Assembly: GCA_965113315.1 (NCBI GenBank)
Contig: OZ220364.1
DNA from: Podarcis vaucheri
Taxonomy: Eukaryota
DNA length: 64,000 bases
Reading direction: 5' to 3' (one strand)
Shown here: piece by piece, positions 1 through 13,435 of the stretch
Position numbering within the stretch: position 1 is the first letter of the stretch
How the letters are laid out: each line of letters opens with the position of its first letter
Translations under genes and position numbers: made by a program
The notes under the pieces: model-generated
Databases searched by the model: none
What the model was told of the DNA's origin: nothing
Seen by the model: only the letters and a program-made list of their open reading frames with translations

Positions 1-155
1 GGGACTGTTCTGACCACTACATCACTGGAGCGCCAATTTTTACTCTGTGATGCTCAAACCAGTGCATAAGAGTGGTTTAGCTATCATAATTAACTTATGC
101 ACTTTTGATGTCCCTTTGTAACATTCATGTTGGTATGTGTGGGTGGTATAAATTA

Positions 156-520
156 GCCGCGGGTGGCGCTGTGGGTTAAAGCCTCAGCGCCTAGGGCTTG
201 CCGATCGAAAGGTCGGCGGTTCGAATCCCCGCGGCGGGGTGCGCTCCCGCTGCTCGGTCCCAGCGCCTGCCAACCTAGCAGTTCGAAAGCACCCCCGGGT
301 GCAAGTAGATAAATAGGTACCGCTTACCAGCGGGAAGGTAAACGGCGTTCTGTGTGCTGCGCTGGCTCGCCAGATGCAGCTTTGTCACGCTGGCCACGTG
401 ACCCGGAAGTGTCTCCGGACAGCGCTGGCCCCCGGCCTATAGATGTGGGATGGGCGCACAAACCCCAGAGTCTGTCAAGACTGGCCCGTTCGGGCAGGGG
501 TACCTTTACCTTTACCTTTA
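156..520 (+). mobile_element. Sauria SINE
   Basis: tRNA-like head (GGTGGCGCTGTGGG...GGTTCGAATCC), (ACCTTT)n tail. Confidence 0.85.
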
Positions 521-2678
521 TACAAACAACATCTGTATTAGCTGTATTCTTCACAGTAAACATGACAAACGGGACAATAGCATCTTGGCTGTTGCCTTGC
601 TACTGTTGGGCAAACATTGAAGAAACAAGAATGATTGATTTATGTCCACAGTCTTTGTTTCACTGGACTTCTGCTACACCAGAGTGTGCCTTTGAGAAAC
701 CACCACATTATGTGCTCATATTCTCAGTAATAGCTCTGCAAGAATGGACCTCAATTCCTCCTGAGCTCAAGCAAGCACAGTCACTTAGGCCCTTTAAATG
801 GGTCTGCACCCTTTCCTGGGACTGTTCCACTAGAGCAGTGCTGCTGGGAACCCTTTTTAAGCCTGATGGCCACATCGCTTTGTAGACAATCTTTCAATGG
901 GCCACATGGTGGGCAGTGACCTGAGACAAAAGTGAGCAGAGCAACGGTTGCACCTCTTGCCACTATTCAGTAATGGCTGTGTTGTTTTAGTTGGATTATT
1001 TTATCATGCATTTTAATTACGGCTGTTGAATGTTTGTTGTAGCAGGTTTTCACACTAATTAGAAGCCTTTTTTTTTTTTGCATCAAGCAATTTAGGAATG
1101 GAGCTCCTCTGTATTCTGCGATGCTCACAATAATGACTTAGATATCATAATTAACTTAGGTGTATTTGACGCAGAGAATTTATAAAGGTTGATTTCAGCC
1201 ACACAAAAGTTAGCGGTTTCTACACAAACACACACACCTCTCCATTCTCTGCAGGCGAGTGAGAGGCATTTTCACAGTTACTGCTTGGCAAATTCCAGCC
1301 TTACCAAAGCGCCCTGTGTCAGGGGCAGGGGGAATGGAGCAGGGCTGTTGGGAAGGTGGCCTGGAAGAGTTCTGAGGGCCAGCGAGATAGGACTGGAGGG
1401 CTACATTGGGTCTCTTGGTCTTGGGATTCCCCACCCCTCTGTGAGTTTTGTGGTTTATCTCTGTGGGTTTTTAGGTTTTAGTATTATTATGACATACATC
1501 TTTTCAAAGGTGTTTATATTGCAATTGGATTCGGATCTTTAAGCATGTTGCAGTCTGCTTTGTGGAGTCTGGGTCTCAAGAAGTAGATCATAAAGCCATT
1601 AAACAGATACAGTCCTAGCTGCTTTAATCGTAGCCCAAGTGTTTTGCAATAGATAGGTTGGCTTTTATTCCAAAGAGTAAGAGATGGTGGAACGCCTTGC
1701 AGCATAGAGTCTTATTTCATCCCCAGGTTACGACTTCTTACACTTCCTCTTTTGCAGTCCTGAGCAAAGTCTGGAGTGTGAGAAACTCCCAAGGAAACGT
1801 TTTGCACCTCAGCCCCTTGGGTTTCAACATTTTCTTCTATGCCCAATGTTACTCAGTGACTTTATGAAGAAAATCAGGAAACTGGTTTGAGATCTGCTGA
1901 GTAAGTGTATTTTAATCCTATTCAAATTTGTCTCCTAAAATGTCCCGCAAGATACTATCCTTCCACTGGATGCTTCCCTATTGCTTGCCATTGCACTGAT
2001 GCAAACTGCATCTAGCACAGTTATGCGGTGGAGAGTGCCGTGCCTAACAATTAAAATTATTGGGCAACAGCCTATAAAATTATATGGCAGACCATTAAAA
2101 ATGGCAGTATATTCCTGTGTCGACTCCCTTGGGAACTCCCAGCAGTTATGTCTTCAGTTGACCAACCAGCATCTAACGAGCTGATTCTATTTTATTTTCA
2201 CATGGTAGGTTGTGCAAGAAGAGAGATCAATGGCACCTCCGCCCTTCAATCTCAAAATGGCATAGCTGACAGCCAAGTAGAGCAGTCCTTGCCTTTCCAA
2301 CGGTAGAAGAGGAACATTTGGGTGTGTTGCTTGCTTTGATGTACACCTGTAGACGCCTTCCTTTTGGGGGCAATCAGAACTCCTCCATCCCTGTGTTTTA
2401 CTGCAGGTGCATTCTGCAATATGTTCTTGACACAATAATAGCGTACTGGTGGATTTACTCTGCTTTAGTTTGTTCTGCGATGATTCCTCAGTGGTACCAC
2501 ATTATTGTTGTCTATAGTGCAACAAAAGCAGGGAGAAAAAACCCCCACCCAACATTGCGCTACAAAAAGGTACAGGATTTCAGCAGGAAGTTATAGGACA
2601 TACACTGATTGGAAATGAAGCAGTATGACTGCCCCAAAACCTCTGCAGGCGCAAGAGGTATTAAAAGTGGGATCATGC

Positions 2679-2725
<47 letters not shown>
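2679..2725. repeat. (AAT)n microsatellite
   Basis: Read directly. Confidence 0.95.
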
Positions 2726-2726
<1 letters not shown>

Positions 2727-2768
2727 TTATTTATACCCCAGACACTCTGGGTGGCTTCCAACAAAATA

Positions 2769-2994
2769 CAGTGCTACCTCAGGTTAAGTACTTAATTCGT
2801 TCTGGAGGTCCGTACTTAACCTGAAACTGCTCTTAACCTGAAGCACCACTTTAGCTAATGGGGCCTCCTGCTGCTGCCGCGCCGCCGGAGCCTGATTTCT
2901 GTTCTCATCCTGAAGCAAAGTCCTTAACTTGAAGCACTATTTCTGGGTTAGCGGAGTCTGTAACCTGAAGCATATGTAACCTGAGGTACCACTG
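2769..2994. mobile_element. Tc1/mariner (Tigger-like) MITE
   Basis: TA|CAGTGCTACCTC...GAGGTACCACTG|TA. Confidence 0.8.
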
Positions 2995-3782
2995 TACAGC
3001 AATCCATCAAACATTAAAAGCTTCCCTAAACAGGGCTGCCTTCAGATGTCTTCTAAAAGTCTGGTATGTACGGCTGTCCAAATTACATCATGAGTACAAA
3101 TCATCACAAATGTGCAATAAATGGGATGTCTGAAGGGGCCCTTACTGTTGTGGTCATTTCTTTTTGTGTATGCTGCTTTAAAATCCATAAATGGATATAA
3201 AAGCTGTGCATTTGTTTTTAAAAATAATTACTTTGCAGGCTGTATACATAATGCAGGTTTTAGTTTTAGACATTTCAGTGTTTCCAATAGATTCCTGCCC
3301 ATCTCCAGCATGCGGCCCCTGAAATGTTGCCCATGAGCGAATGTGGCCCCAGTTTTATCAAGTTCCCCACCACTGCTACACGGTGAAACCATCAGCCCTA
3401 GTTTAAATTTTACAGCTGTCAAGGATTCTCCAAAGTAGCCTGGGGCTACTCACTCATCTGTCCATCATCAGCCCTGCTTCTGATCTTCAGCAGGGCTGTC
3501 ACCAGTGTGTAGAAAAGTGACATACATTTAAGAAAGATAAATGTAGCCTTTGCAGGGTTGTTGTAATTATCCTTGGGGTAATGGGTGGGACCCAAATTAG
3601 CGTTAAGGAGATGGCTCCGTCAATGTGATGGGCTCTCTTGATTGCCCGGAGCTGATTTGGTGGGCAGGGGCATGATGGGAGAAGGAGGGAAAACCCCATT
3701 GCACTAGTGGGTCTTGTTGCTCAGGCTCCCATTTGTGCAAACATTTAGTTGAATTTGGCTCAATATGTCTGAATCGATAAGG

Positions 3783-4128
3783 TAAAGGTAAAGGGACCCC
3801 TGACCATTAGGTCCAGTCGTGACCGACTTTGGGGCACTCATCTCGCTTTATTGGCCGAGGGAGCTGGCGTACAGCTTCCAGGTCATGTGGACAGCATGAC
3901 TAAGCTGCTTCTGGCGAACCAGAGCAGCGCATGGAAACGCCGTTTACCTTCCCGCCGGAGCGGTACCTGTTTATCTACTTGCACTTTGATGTGATTTTGA
4001 ACTGCTAGGTTGGCAAGAGCAGGGACCGAGCAACAGGAACTCACCCTGTTGCGGGGATTCAAACCGCCGACCTTCTGATCGGAAAGTCCTAGGCTCTGTG
4101 GTTTAACCCACAGAGCCACCCGCGTCCC
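3783..4128 (-). mobile_element. Sauria SINE with 17-bp TSD
   Basis: TGTCTGAATCGATAAGG at 3766-3782 and 4129-4145. Confidence 0.88.
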
Positions 4129-5089
4129 TGTCTGAATCGATAAGGAGATGCAAAAAACAAGTCCTAAATAAATGTTAAGCGTTTGTGTGAGCAACAAACA
4201 TGGTGCCCTCTTGATGTTGCTGGATTACAACTCACAATACCCCCAGTCATCCTGGAAAATAGAACGATAAATTCACAGAACTGAAAAGTTGGAAGGGATT
4301 ACAATGGTCTTCTAGTCGAACCTCCTGCAATCCAGGAACCTTTTGTTCAATGTGGGGCTCAAATCCCACCTTATTGAATTCCTCCCATGGATTTCAGGAG
4401 CATTGAACTCCTTTGGATTTTGGATGCACGATGTAAAAAGCACCCAGAAAAATCATATTTCCAAGGACACAAGACACTCTGTTGTGTGTTGCACTTTGAA
4501 TGAAGAATCTTGGGGCTCATCCACATTTCCCCTTATCCCACTGCTTTGCCCTGGGAAAACCATTCTTTAATGCTCAATCAGAGCAAACAGCAGCCAGGTT
4601 TTCTGCAGTTTGCCATTTGTACTGATTTAAAGCTAAAGAGTGAATTTTCTCTTGGAAAAGAGTGGGGCAAGGGAGAAACTACTTGAGCCCTTGCTTTCTA
4701 CGCATGGGACCAGTGGAAGTATGGCTGAGCCCTAGCACTACACAGGAGATCCTTCCATTGCTGAATTACCAGCAAAGCACAGATCTTGAGAAAGTTTTTG
4801 TTTGTGCCTGCATATGTATGTTTTTTTTTGTGAGATGCTGGTTGGGAAGGTCAAGGACAAGCTTGACAAGGGGTAATTAAAGTATAAATTAAAATGGAAA
4901 CAAGCAATTAGCCTTTTCTTCCTCTCCTTTCTGCAGAAATATGCAGCCGCTCAAGAAATGGCAGGTAGTTAAGGTCTCATTGACACTGCGGTTTACACAC
5001 ACACATGCACACATTAAGAGGAAGGTCAGAAATCCTTAATATTGCCAGCAGCAATATTAGCCACTCAGGGCCAAATTAGATATTTAAAC

Positions 5090-6455
5090 ACCATAAATAC
5101 TATAATACATCAAACATTAAAAGCTTCCCTAAACAGGGCTGCCTTCAGATGTTTTCTGAAAGTCTGGTAGTTGTTCTCTTTGACATCTGGTGGGAGGGTG
5201 TTCCACAGGGAAGGCGCCACTACCGAGAAGGCCCTTTGCCTGGTTCCCTGTAACTTGGCTTCTCGCAGTGAGGGAACCGCCAGAAGGCCCTCGGTGCTGG
5301 ACCTCAGTGTCTGGGTAGAACGATGGGGGTGGAGACGCTCCTTCAGATATACTGGACCAAGGCCATTTAGGGCTTTAAAGGTCAGCACCAACACTTTGAA
5401 TTGTGCTCGGAAACGTACTGGGAGCCAATGTAGGTCTTTCAAGACCGGTGTTATGTGGTCTCTGCGGCCACTCCCAGTCAGCAGTCTAGCTGCCATGTTC
5501 TGGATTAGTTGTAGTTTCCGGGTCACCTTCAAAGGTAGCCCCACGTAGAGCGCATTGCAGTAGTCCAAGCGGGAGATAACCAGAGCATGCACCACTCTGG
5601 CAAGGCAGTCCACAGGCAGATAGGGTCTCAGCCTGCGTACCAGATGGAGCTGGCAGACAGCTGCCCTGGACACAGACTTAACCTGTGCCTCCATGGACAG
5701 CTGTGAGTCCAAAATGACTCCCAGGCTGTGCACCTGGTCCTTCAGGGGCACAGTTACCCCATTCAGGACCAGGGAATCCTCCACACCTGCCCGCCTCCTG
5801 TCCCCCAAAAACAGTACTTCTGTCTTGTCAGGATTCAACCTCAATCTGTTAGCCGCCATCCAACCTCCAACCGCCTCCAGGCACTCACACAGGACCTTCA
5901 CCACCTTCACTGGTTCTGATTTGAAAGAGAGGTAGAGCTGGGTATCATCCGCATACTGATGAACACCCAGCCCAAATCCCCTGATGATCTCTCCCAGCGG
6001 CTTCATGTAGATGTTGAAAAGCATGGGGGAGAGGACAGAACCCTGAGGCACCCCACAAGTGAGAACCCAGGGGTCTGAACACTCATCCCCCCCCACTTTC
6101 TGAACACGGCCCAGGAGGAAGGAGTGGAACCACTGTATGACAGTGCCCCCAGCTCCCAGCCCCTCAAGATGGTCCAGAAGGATGTTATGGTCGATGGTAT
6201 CGAACGCCGCTGAGAGATCCAGCAGAACTAGGAAACAGTTCTCACCTTTTTCCCTAGCCCGCCGGAGATCATCAACCAGTGCGACCAAGGCAGTTTCAGT
6301 CCCATGATGAGGGACTGGAAGGGATCCAAGTGGTCTGCTTCTTCCAGGCATACCTGGAGTTGTTCAGCAACCACTCGCTCAATCACCTTGCCCAAGAATG
6401 GAAGATTTGAGACTGGGCGATAGTTGGCCATCGTGGCCGCATCTAAAGATGGTTT
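5090..6455 (-). mobile_element. L2-clade LINE, 3' part of ORF2 (reverse transcriptase), 5'-truncated and frameshifted
   Basis: ORF 5110-6351 has LDLSAAFDTIDH, GVPQGSVLSPMLFNIY, QYADDTQLY, HITPVLKDLHWLPV; upstream NYRPVSNLPFLGK is in another frame. Confidence 0.9.
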
Positions 6456-8403
6456 CCCCTTTTCTCAGGCTGGATGGGAGAAAATGGCTGGCAAGGTCTG
6501 ATTCCTCGCGGTGAACCAGGGACGCTCCTTGTCCCAAACAACCAAAAATTTTATAGCATCTCAAAGACTGGCACCTTTATTCTTGTGTACATTTCTGCAG
6601 CCACAATGAATAAGCTAGCCTTTCAGGTGCCTTCACTCTTGGGCACCTAGGTATGGTCTTTGTGTCTCTGCTGGGTGACCTGATTTGAGGCAATAGCCAT
6701 TTTAGATTAGGATACGGGTTGTCTATAAGCAAGGATGAGCCTACCATCCCAGGCTGGTCATGGTGTCATCCCAGTGCCTGGATGGGCTGTGGATGATTGA
6801 TGACATGTTGGAGTGGTTTTCACTGGGAGGTGCAGGTGAGCACTACTGCTGCTCTGTCACCACTTGTCAGGTCTGTCAATCGGAGGACTAAAGCTCCAAT
6901 TCGACAGCTTTCTGGGCTTATCGCGGTGAATGAACTGTAACACTTACCTGAATAAGTGCATTGTGATTCAATGTGAATAGAATTTTCAACAGTTCATATA
7001 CCAGCTGTAATGCTCCCTGACTTGTGATGAGTCAAGTATCCCATTGTTCTACCTTTTTCTCTCTCTAACATTAGGGATGGGCAAATCTCTCTATGTTAGT
7101 TTCTCTCGGTTTCCAGTCATAAGTGCTGTTTCCCACATTTCTGCATCAGTTTGATTTTTTTGGCATAATCCTAATACATTTTTTTGCATGCAGTTTTGAC
7201 TGATATGCCTATTTTGGCACGGTATTGCCCCAACAGAATTTGCTTTTGTATGCTGTTTTTACTAATTTTTGCATTTATGCACACTTCCTCTAGTGTATGA
7301 ATTTTTTGTTCGCATCATTTGGCTGGTAAACTGCACAGCAAAATTCAGAGAAGTTCAAATGTCTAAGGAAGCTTGTGTTCGAGAAGTGCAGATTAGGTAG
7401 ATTAATCTTTGAATGCAAACTGAAGCAAATCTCCTTCCCATCCTTAAGCCTTTCCCTCCCAGAGTAACTTACACGATAATATATTGTTGCTTTTTCATTC
7501 TCTTAAAGAAGGCAGTTCTTTCTGCATTCCCGCCGTATCCAGGCAGATTGAAGCATATTGGGTTTGGGATTGTTCAAAATAACTCAGTGATTATCAGCCG
7601 TCTTTGTCCTACTTATATTTGGACTGTGCTGCATTTAGAATGGTAGACTCCTTGGGGCAGAGCCTTTCTGCAAAGTGACATGCACGCTGATAGAGCTATA
7701 TAGATAATCGTGCTAAAAGAAAGAAGGGATATAACATTTTAAAATAAAGAATAAATATACACAGTGAATGAATGAACGATTGCTTTGAAAATAAAAGTGA
7801 TTGAGGGGAGAAAAGAATCAAACATGCCACCTTGAGCTCCTTGGAGGAAGAGCTGGATAAAAATGTTGTAAAGCCCACAAGAGGCCTGGCAAGCTACAAG
7901 TTCTTTCCTGCTTGGCTGAATATTGTCATTTATTTGGCGTTTCAGATTGAGGAAGTGTCTTTTTCTCTACCCAACCTCCCGCCCCTTTGAGAAATCTGAA
8001 AGTCAGATTTGATGTTGGATTTATTTCTTTTATTCCAAGAAGAAATGCCCAGATGTGTGGTGCAATTGTGGGTGTGTATTTTTTAAAAAAAGTGAACTCT
8101 GCATGTCAGAAGGTTAATTTTGGAACCCTCTGAAAGGAGCCATCTGCCATCAAGTTTCAGAAAAGGGAGTGATGGGGATATCTCAGCCAGGGGATTATTT
8201 TCCCTGCAGGGCGAAAGAATGTCAAGGGAACTTGCCATGCCCTGCCATTCAGGCAAGGCTCACAGAGAAATCTAGAGTTGACAGAAGGGTGATGCAGGTA
8301 ATCTGGGGTCGCCAGGAGTTCACTGTCAAGTTGCAGGTTCTTCTCCAGCTCTTTGGGGTGTGTTTCAGGGAAGGTCAGTTTCTGGCACAGAGCAAGAGGG
8401 AGG

Positions 8404-8506
8404 GTGCCAAGCACACCTAAGCTCAAGAATACAATATAAAAAAATGACTACTTTTTTTCCTCCACTCCCCTGTCACCCAGCCAACTCTCCGAACGGATAA
8501 AAAGGA
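8404..8506 (+). promoter_or_regulatory. Proximal promoter of keratin gene 1 (TATA-like GATAAAAA at 8496)
   Basis: TGCCAAGCACACCTAAG ... AGCCAACTCTCC ... GATAAAAAGG, about 115 nt upstream of the ATG; same layout as genes 2 and 3. Confidence 0.55.
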
Positions 8507-8613
8507 AGATCTTCCTCCCTCCTGCCAGAGGGGCTCAGTTTCATTCATTACTGGGAACTCTTCCTTGGAACATCACTCCTTACACTACCAGCAAGACAAC
8601 CTCTCCTCTAGCC

Positions 8614-9135
8614 ATGTCTCGCCAGTCCTGTGCCCGGAGCATTGGAGGAGGGTTTCAGAACAAGGGTTTCAGTTCCAGCTCTGTCTGCTTTGGGGGTGGA
8701 AGCAAAGTCAGCTTCAACACTGCTTCCATGTCCCGTGGATGTAATGTCCGTAGCGGAGGCGGAGGCGGAGGCGGTGGCTTTGGCAGCAGGAGCCTGCATA
8801 ACATGGGGGGCAGCAAAAGAATCTCCTACGGTGGATATGGTGGCGGTGGCTTTGGCGGGGGTTTCGGTGGCGCCTGTGGCCAAGGGGCTGGGGGCTTTGG
8901 AGCTGGTGGTGGCCTTGGCGGTGGCTTTGGCGGTGGCTTTGGCGGTCCAGGTGGACTTGCAATCTGCCCTCCATTCCCAGGATGCCCACCTGGAGGCATC
9001 AAAGAGGTGACCATCAACCAACACCTCCTGCAGCCCCTCAACCTGGAGATAGACCCAGAGATCCAAAAAGTGAGGACTGAAGAAAGGGAGCAGATCAAGA
9101 CCCTCAACAACAAGTTTGCCTCCTTCATCGACAAG
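8614..9135 (+). CDS. Keratin gene 1 exon 1 (Gly-rich head, H1, start of coil 1A)
   Basis: GCCATGT start; ends ...FASFIDK|gtgaaa. Confidence 0.95.
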
Positions 9136-12100
9136 GTGAAATGATTTTGAGAGCATTTAACTTGCATGTAGCTCCAAGATTTTCTCTTTCTCTTTCCTTT
9201 TTGTTTCTCAGTATGAGGGCCTTTTGTCTTGTGTCTGTACTGAGTATTGTGTCTATCAGATCTGGTCTGATTTGTATTTTTTAAAACAACAACAACAATG
9301 AATTTCAAGGCTGAAAAATGGTGAAGCCATTTTAAAAGTGTTAGTTTGCCAGTTTTGTTATGATTATTTCTAATTTGCCTTGTTACAAAATCTCAAATCA
9401 AGAGGTTTTATATTTAACCTGTATACTTCATGGAGGGGTGGCCAAATGGGAGTCCCCAAGGGCATGCCAGTCCTGAGTGTTTCAAGTAAACAGGAACATA
9501 ATACAGGGCAAAAGTTTCTCTTAAAAATCTGTACCAATGTAACTGCCGTGGCTCTCTACAAAGGATTCTGGTTACTGCAGTTTGGTGAAGCAGATGCTTA
9601 TTCTCAGAGATCCTTCCCCATTACAGAACTATATTTTTCAGGAAGCCCTGGGGGTATGACCTGTGCAAGTATGTACTATTGGCATGCCCATTTGCATAAT
9701 GTTGTCAGTACTAATCAGTAAGCAGTGAAAGATAATCTGGGAAAAGGTGGGCATATGTTTCTTCCCCAGGACAATCCTGGACCAGTACCCAGAAACTACC
9801 ATGTTGATCCTTTAGTGACCCTACAGATAGGAAAGGGTAGAAGCTATTTTGAATCCCACTAAACAAATCCTTGTCCCTTTTTATTTCCTTTTCTGGTCAC
9901 CTCCTCATTGCATCCCTCAGCCGCCTATTGTGACTCAAGGGTCTTGGGGAGGCTAAAATGTAGTGGCTGCAGTACAGAACACACAACTGGAAGGTCTCTC
10001 TGCTTGTGGGCAATGCAAAGGAAAGCCTAGAATGGAGGAAGGAGATGCATAGCCGCCCTGAGCCCGGCTTCGGCTGGGGAGGGTGGGATATAAATAAAAT
10101 TTATTATTATTATAAGTGGTGTTAGGAGAACATAAGGAGAACATAAGTGGTGTTAGGAGAAAGCAACATCAGCAGCACATTTGGACTAATGGCCATATCC
10201 AGTAATCCATAAGAGGACACTGGTCAGAATCCAGCACCTGTTGCTGTGGTTTCAGTTATCCAGGAGTTGAGCAATGTGAAGAATACCTGGATGCTTTAAA
10301 AGCCCAGAAGGTGATGGTCACACCCTCATCATGATACAGCCAGTGGCCACATCCTCATCTCCAGAAAGCAAGGGCAGCCTGGCTTGCATGAGAAGGAGCA
10401 GGGCTCTTGCTCTTTAGAAGGAAACTGTGCAGGTTGAGTCAGATCACATGTGGCATAACTGAAAGTGGCTTTAATGTGGCTCCTGTAGCTTTGCGCATGA
10501 GCCTGAGTGGAACAGAGCCACTAACAGTAATGAGACAATGGGCAGGTGTTGTTCTGTATCCTGTCAATTTGCTGGCACTGGAGGGAGAGGTTTGTTGACA
10601 CCATCTTCTCTCCAGCCCTGAAGGTTAATAAATTTCCTCCACTATTTTAAAGATGAAAAAAGGGATACTCATTTTGTGCCTGCAGTCATTCATATTGCTA
10701 CCTCAGGAGCACTGCTAAAACATCCCCCTGTCACCACTATTCTTTGTATGTGCATCCATTGATTCTGCATTATCCCAAAGTTAAACAGTAAGCTTGTTCT
10801 TCTGGTTAAAGATATGCTAAAACAGCTTGACTTGTCTCCTATAATATATTACCTACATTTCAAACTTAAGCTTAACCCACTGCAACCTTTGAAATAGCAG
10901 GATGCGCATTATGCCACTGCCAACCTTGGACTACCTGGTGCCTTCTAGATGTCCTGGACTACAACTCCCATCATCCCCAGCCAGCACAGCTGGGAGTGGG
11001 TGGGAGTATTGAATTAGAGCATCTGGAGAAGACCAGCTTGGTGAAGGCTTCTCTACATATGCACATATTATGTTAATATATGGCAGTCCCTTCTGACATT
11101 GTTGGTTAGAGTGCGGTGCTGATAATGCCAAGGTTGCAGGTTCAGTCCCCGTATGGGACAGCTGCTTTGCAGGGGGTTGAACTAGATGGTCTTCAGGGTT
11201 CCTTCCAGCTCTACAATTCTATGATTCTATTATTTAGCTTCAAAGAAGCAGAGAAGAGAAAGCTTGCTCTATAGAAATTCACATTAGCATCATTTTTTTT
11301 TTTAAAAAGGAACACCAAACTCTTCAAAAAACCAAAACAGGGACAGAACAGGAATAGTGATTTACTCCAGGAACTGCCCTCCCCTTTAAAGGCAATTAGA
11401 GTACATGACCATAACCCTTTCTTTCTCCACCCTTATTCTTTGTTTGGTTCAGGTCCGTTTCCTAGAGCAGCAGAATAAGGTTCTGGAGACCAAGTGGAAA
11501 CTCTTGCAAGAGCAGGGCCAAGGGACTGGCATTGGTCAAAAGAACCTTGATCAGTTCTTTGAGGCCTATATCAACAACCTCAGGAAGCAGCTTGAGTGTC
11601 TTCAGAATGAGAGGAGAGGCCTGGAATCAGAGCTGAAGAACTTCCAAGATCTTGTGGAGGATTACAAGAACAAGTAAGGGATTATAGAACGAAAAGAATT
11701 GGGAATCAATAAACGATCTTTCCCGCCGGTGCAATTGAAGGTGGATGGGCCAGGCCCAGACTACCTATTTGAAAAGCCAGACCTGGCCTTTTGCTGAAGC
11801 TAGGATGACAGAAAATAGAAATATTAACTTTCAATTTATTTATTTATTTTAAACAAAAGTGTATATACCCACAGATAGAGTACAGAACGCCTCGGATGTG
11901 TGTGTGTGTGTGGTTTGCCTCTTAGCTTGGGCATTCAACAATGAATGTTCAGTGCCAGTGAGAAGTCGCAATTTGATCATGATGTCATGCTTCTGGCGGG
12001 ACCTAACTTCCTCTTGAATTTGAATTTGACCCCGGTAGAAATCTGATGGATTTGGAAAGGGATTATTCTATTTTATGCTCCCGGATTATCTGTGAGACCT

Positions 12101-13390
12101 TCCCTAGATCATTCATTGAGTGGAATGTGGAGTTGAACTTGAGTCTCCATGGTCTACTTACTATATCACACTGAATGATCTGATTCACTGTTATATATGA
12201 GATGACTCACGAACATAGTGTACATCCTGTGTGATGTACAGAGTAACCAGGGGATTTTTAAAGGTTTTACTGGTAAAATCATGTGATTGTATCTTTTGGG
12301 GGCTCTTTGCACCTTTATAATTATTGCAGCTAAGGTGGAAAACTATGGTTGATTTCCAATAACTCCTAACGTTGAAATATATGATTTTACAAATTGTTTT
12401 TGCTTTTCATTGCTCAAGACTCAATGAAGTCCAGTAACATGATTACACTATGCTATAATTGGGCAGGGAATACCGTGTGCTTGTACACATGTTGTACACT
12501 AGAACCTCCATATTCCTTAACCATTGGCCATGCTAGCTGAGGCTGATGGGACTTGTAGCTCAAAACACCAGGAAGGCACCACACTGGCTATGTCTGCTGT
12601 TAATCCTAGCAAAAATGGTGACCCACAGCTTGAATTCTGACAAACTGATCCATTGGGTATGCATTTGGTGGCACTTGAAAATAGGTACTGTAATTTAATA
12701 AACCCTTGAGCCAGGAAAGTATGTTGTAAATCAGGATGGCGTTCAACAGAATCTTTGTTTGTCTGATGCCAAAGAATGTAGAATGCCTCTTGGCAGAGGA
12801 CAGTGTCTGAAGAATGGAAACAATGAATAATGTTCTATGAGTTATAAACCTAGGATATCAAGTAACCCACAAAATTGGGGATTGGTAATTCTCTTTCACT
12901 TGCAGGCCAAGCAAATTCACAAGGCCTTTGACTGTTAAGAAAATCTAGAAAGAAGAAGGCAGGGCTATGTGTCCCTTGCTCAACCCCACCCCCTCCTGAT
13001 CTAGACTTTCTAAAAAAAAATTCTGGACCAAGATTTTTTAATCAAACGATGCTGTGGAATAACAAAGCAATATTTCGCATATTACTTCTATTTTATTGTT
13101 GCATCCAAGATTTCAGTTTCTTAAAATAAATTGGACCTTTTTTTTACAAGAAATTGGGGAGTGTAGATAGATGTTGGAAAAGACACACAAAACTGTGCAA
13201 ATAGAAAAGGGAAAGTATTTAAACCTGATGTTCTTTCTTTGCATTGACCAGATATGAGGAAGAAATTAACAAGCGCACGGCAGCAGAGAATGACTTTGTG
13301 CTCTTGAAAAAGGTAAGTGTGCCACTCTTCCTAACTCCTTTGCAGTGATTCAAAGGTGCAAGTTGCTATTCACATAATGGCATTTAGAAG

Positions 13391-13435
<45 letters not shown>

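Noticed and set aside
156-240. tRNA-like A/B boxes (also 11100, 56859 and other SINE heads)
   Set aside because: They continue into SINE bodies and tails, and I see no complete cloverleaf; not tRNA genes.
5110-6351. 413-aa reverse transcriptase ORF as a functional gene
   Set aside because: 5'-truncated L2 copy with a frameshift near 6310 and no endonuclease domain.
8608-9308. Pro-, Ala- or His-rich antisense and alternate-frame ORFs over keratin heads and tails (also 33821-34339, 43605-44010, 55866-56453)
   Set aside because: Shadows of Gly-codon repeats, which lack stops in other frames; no independent gene signals.
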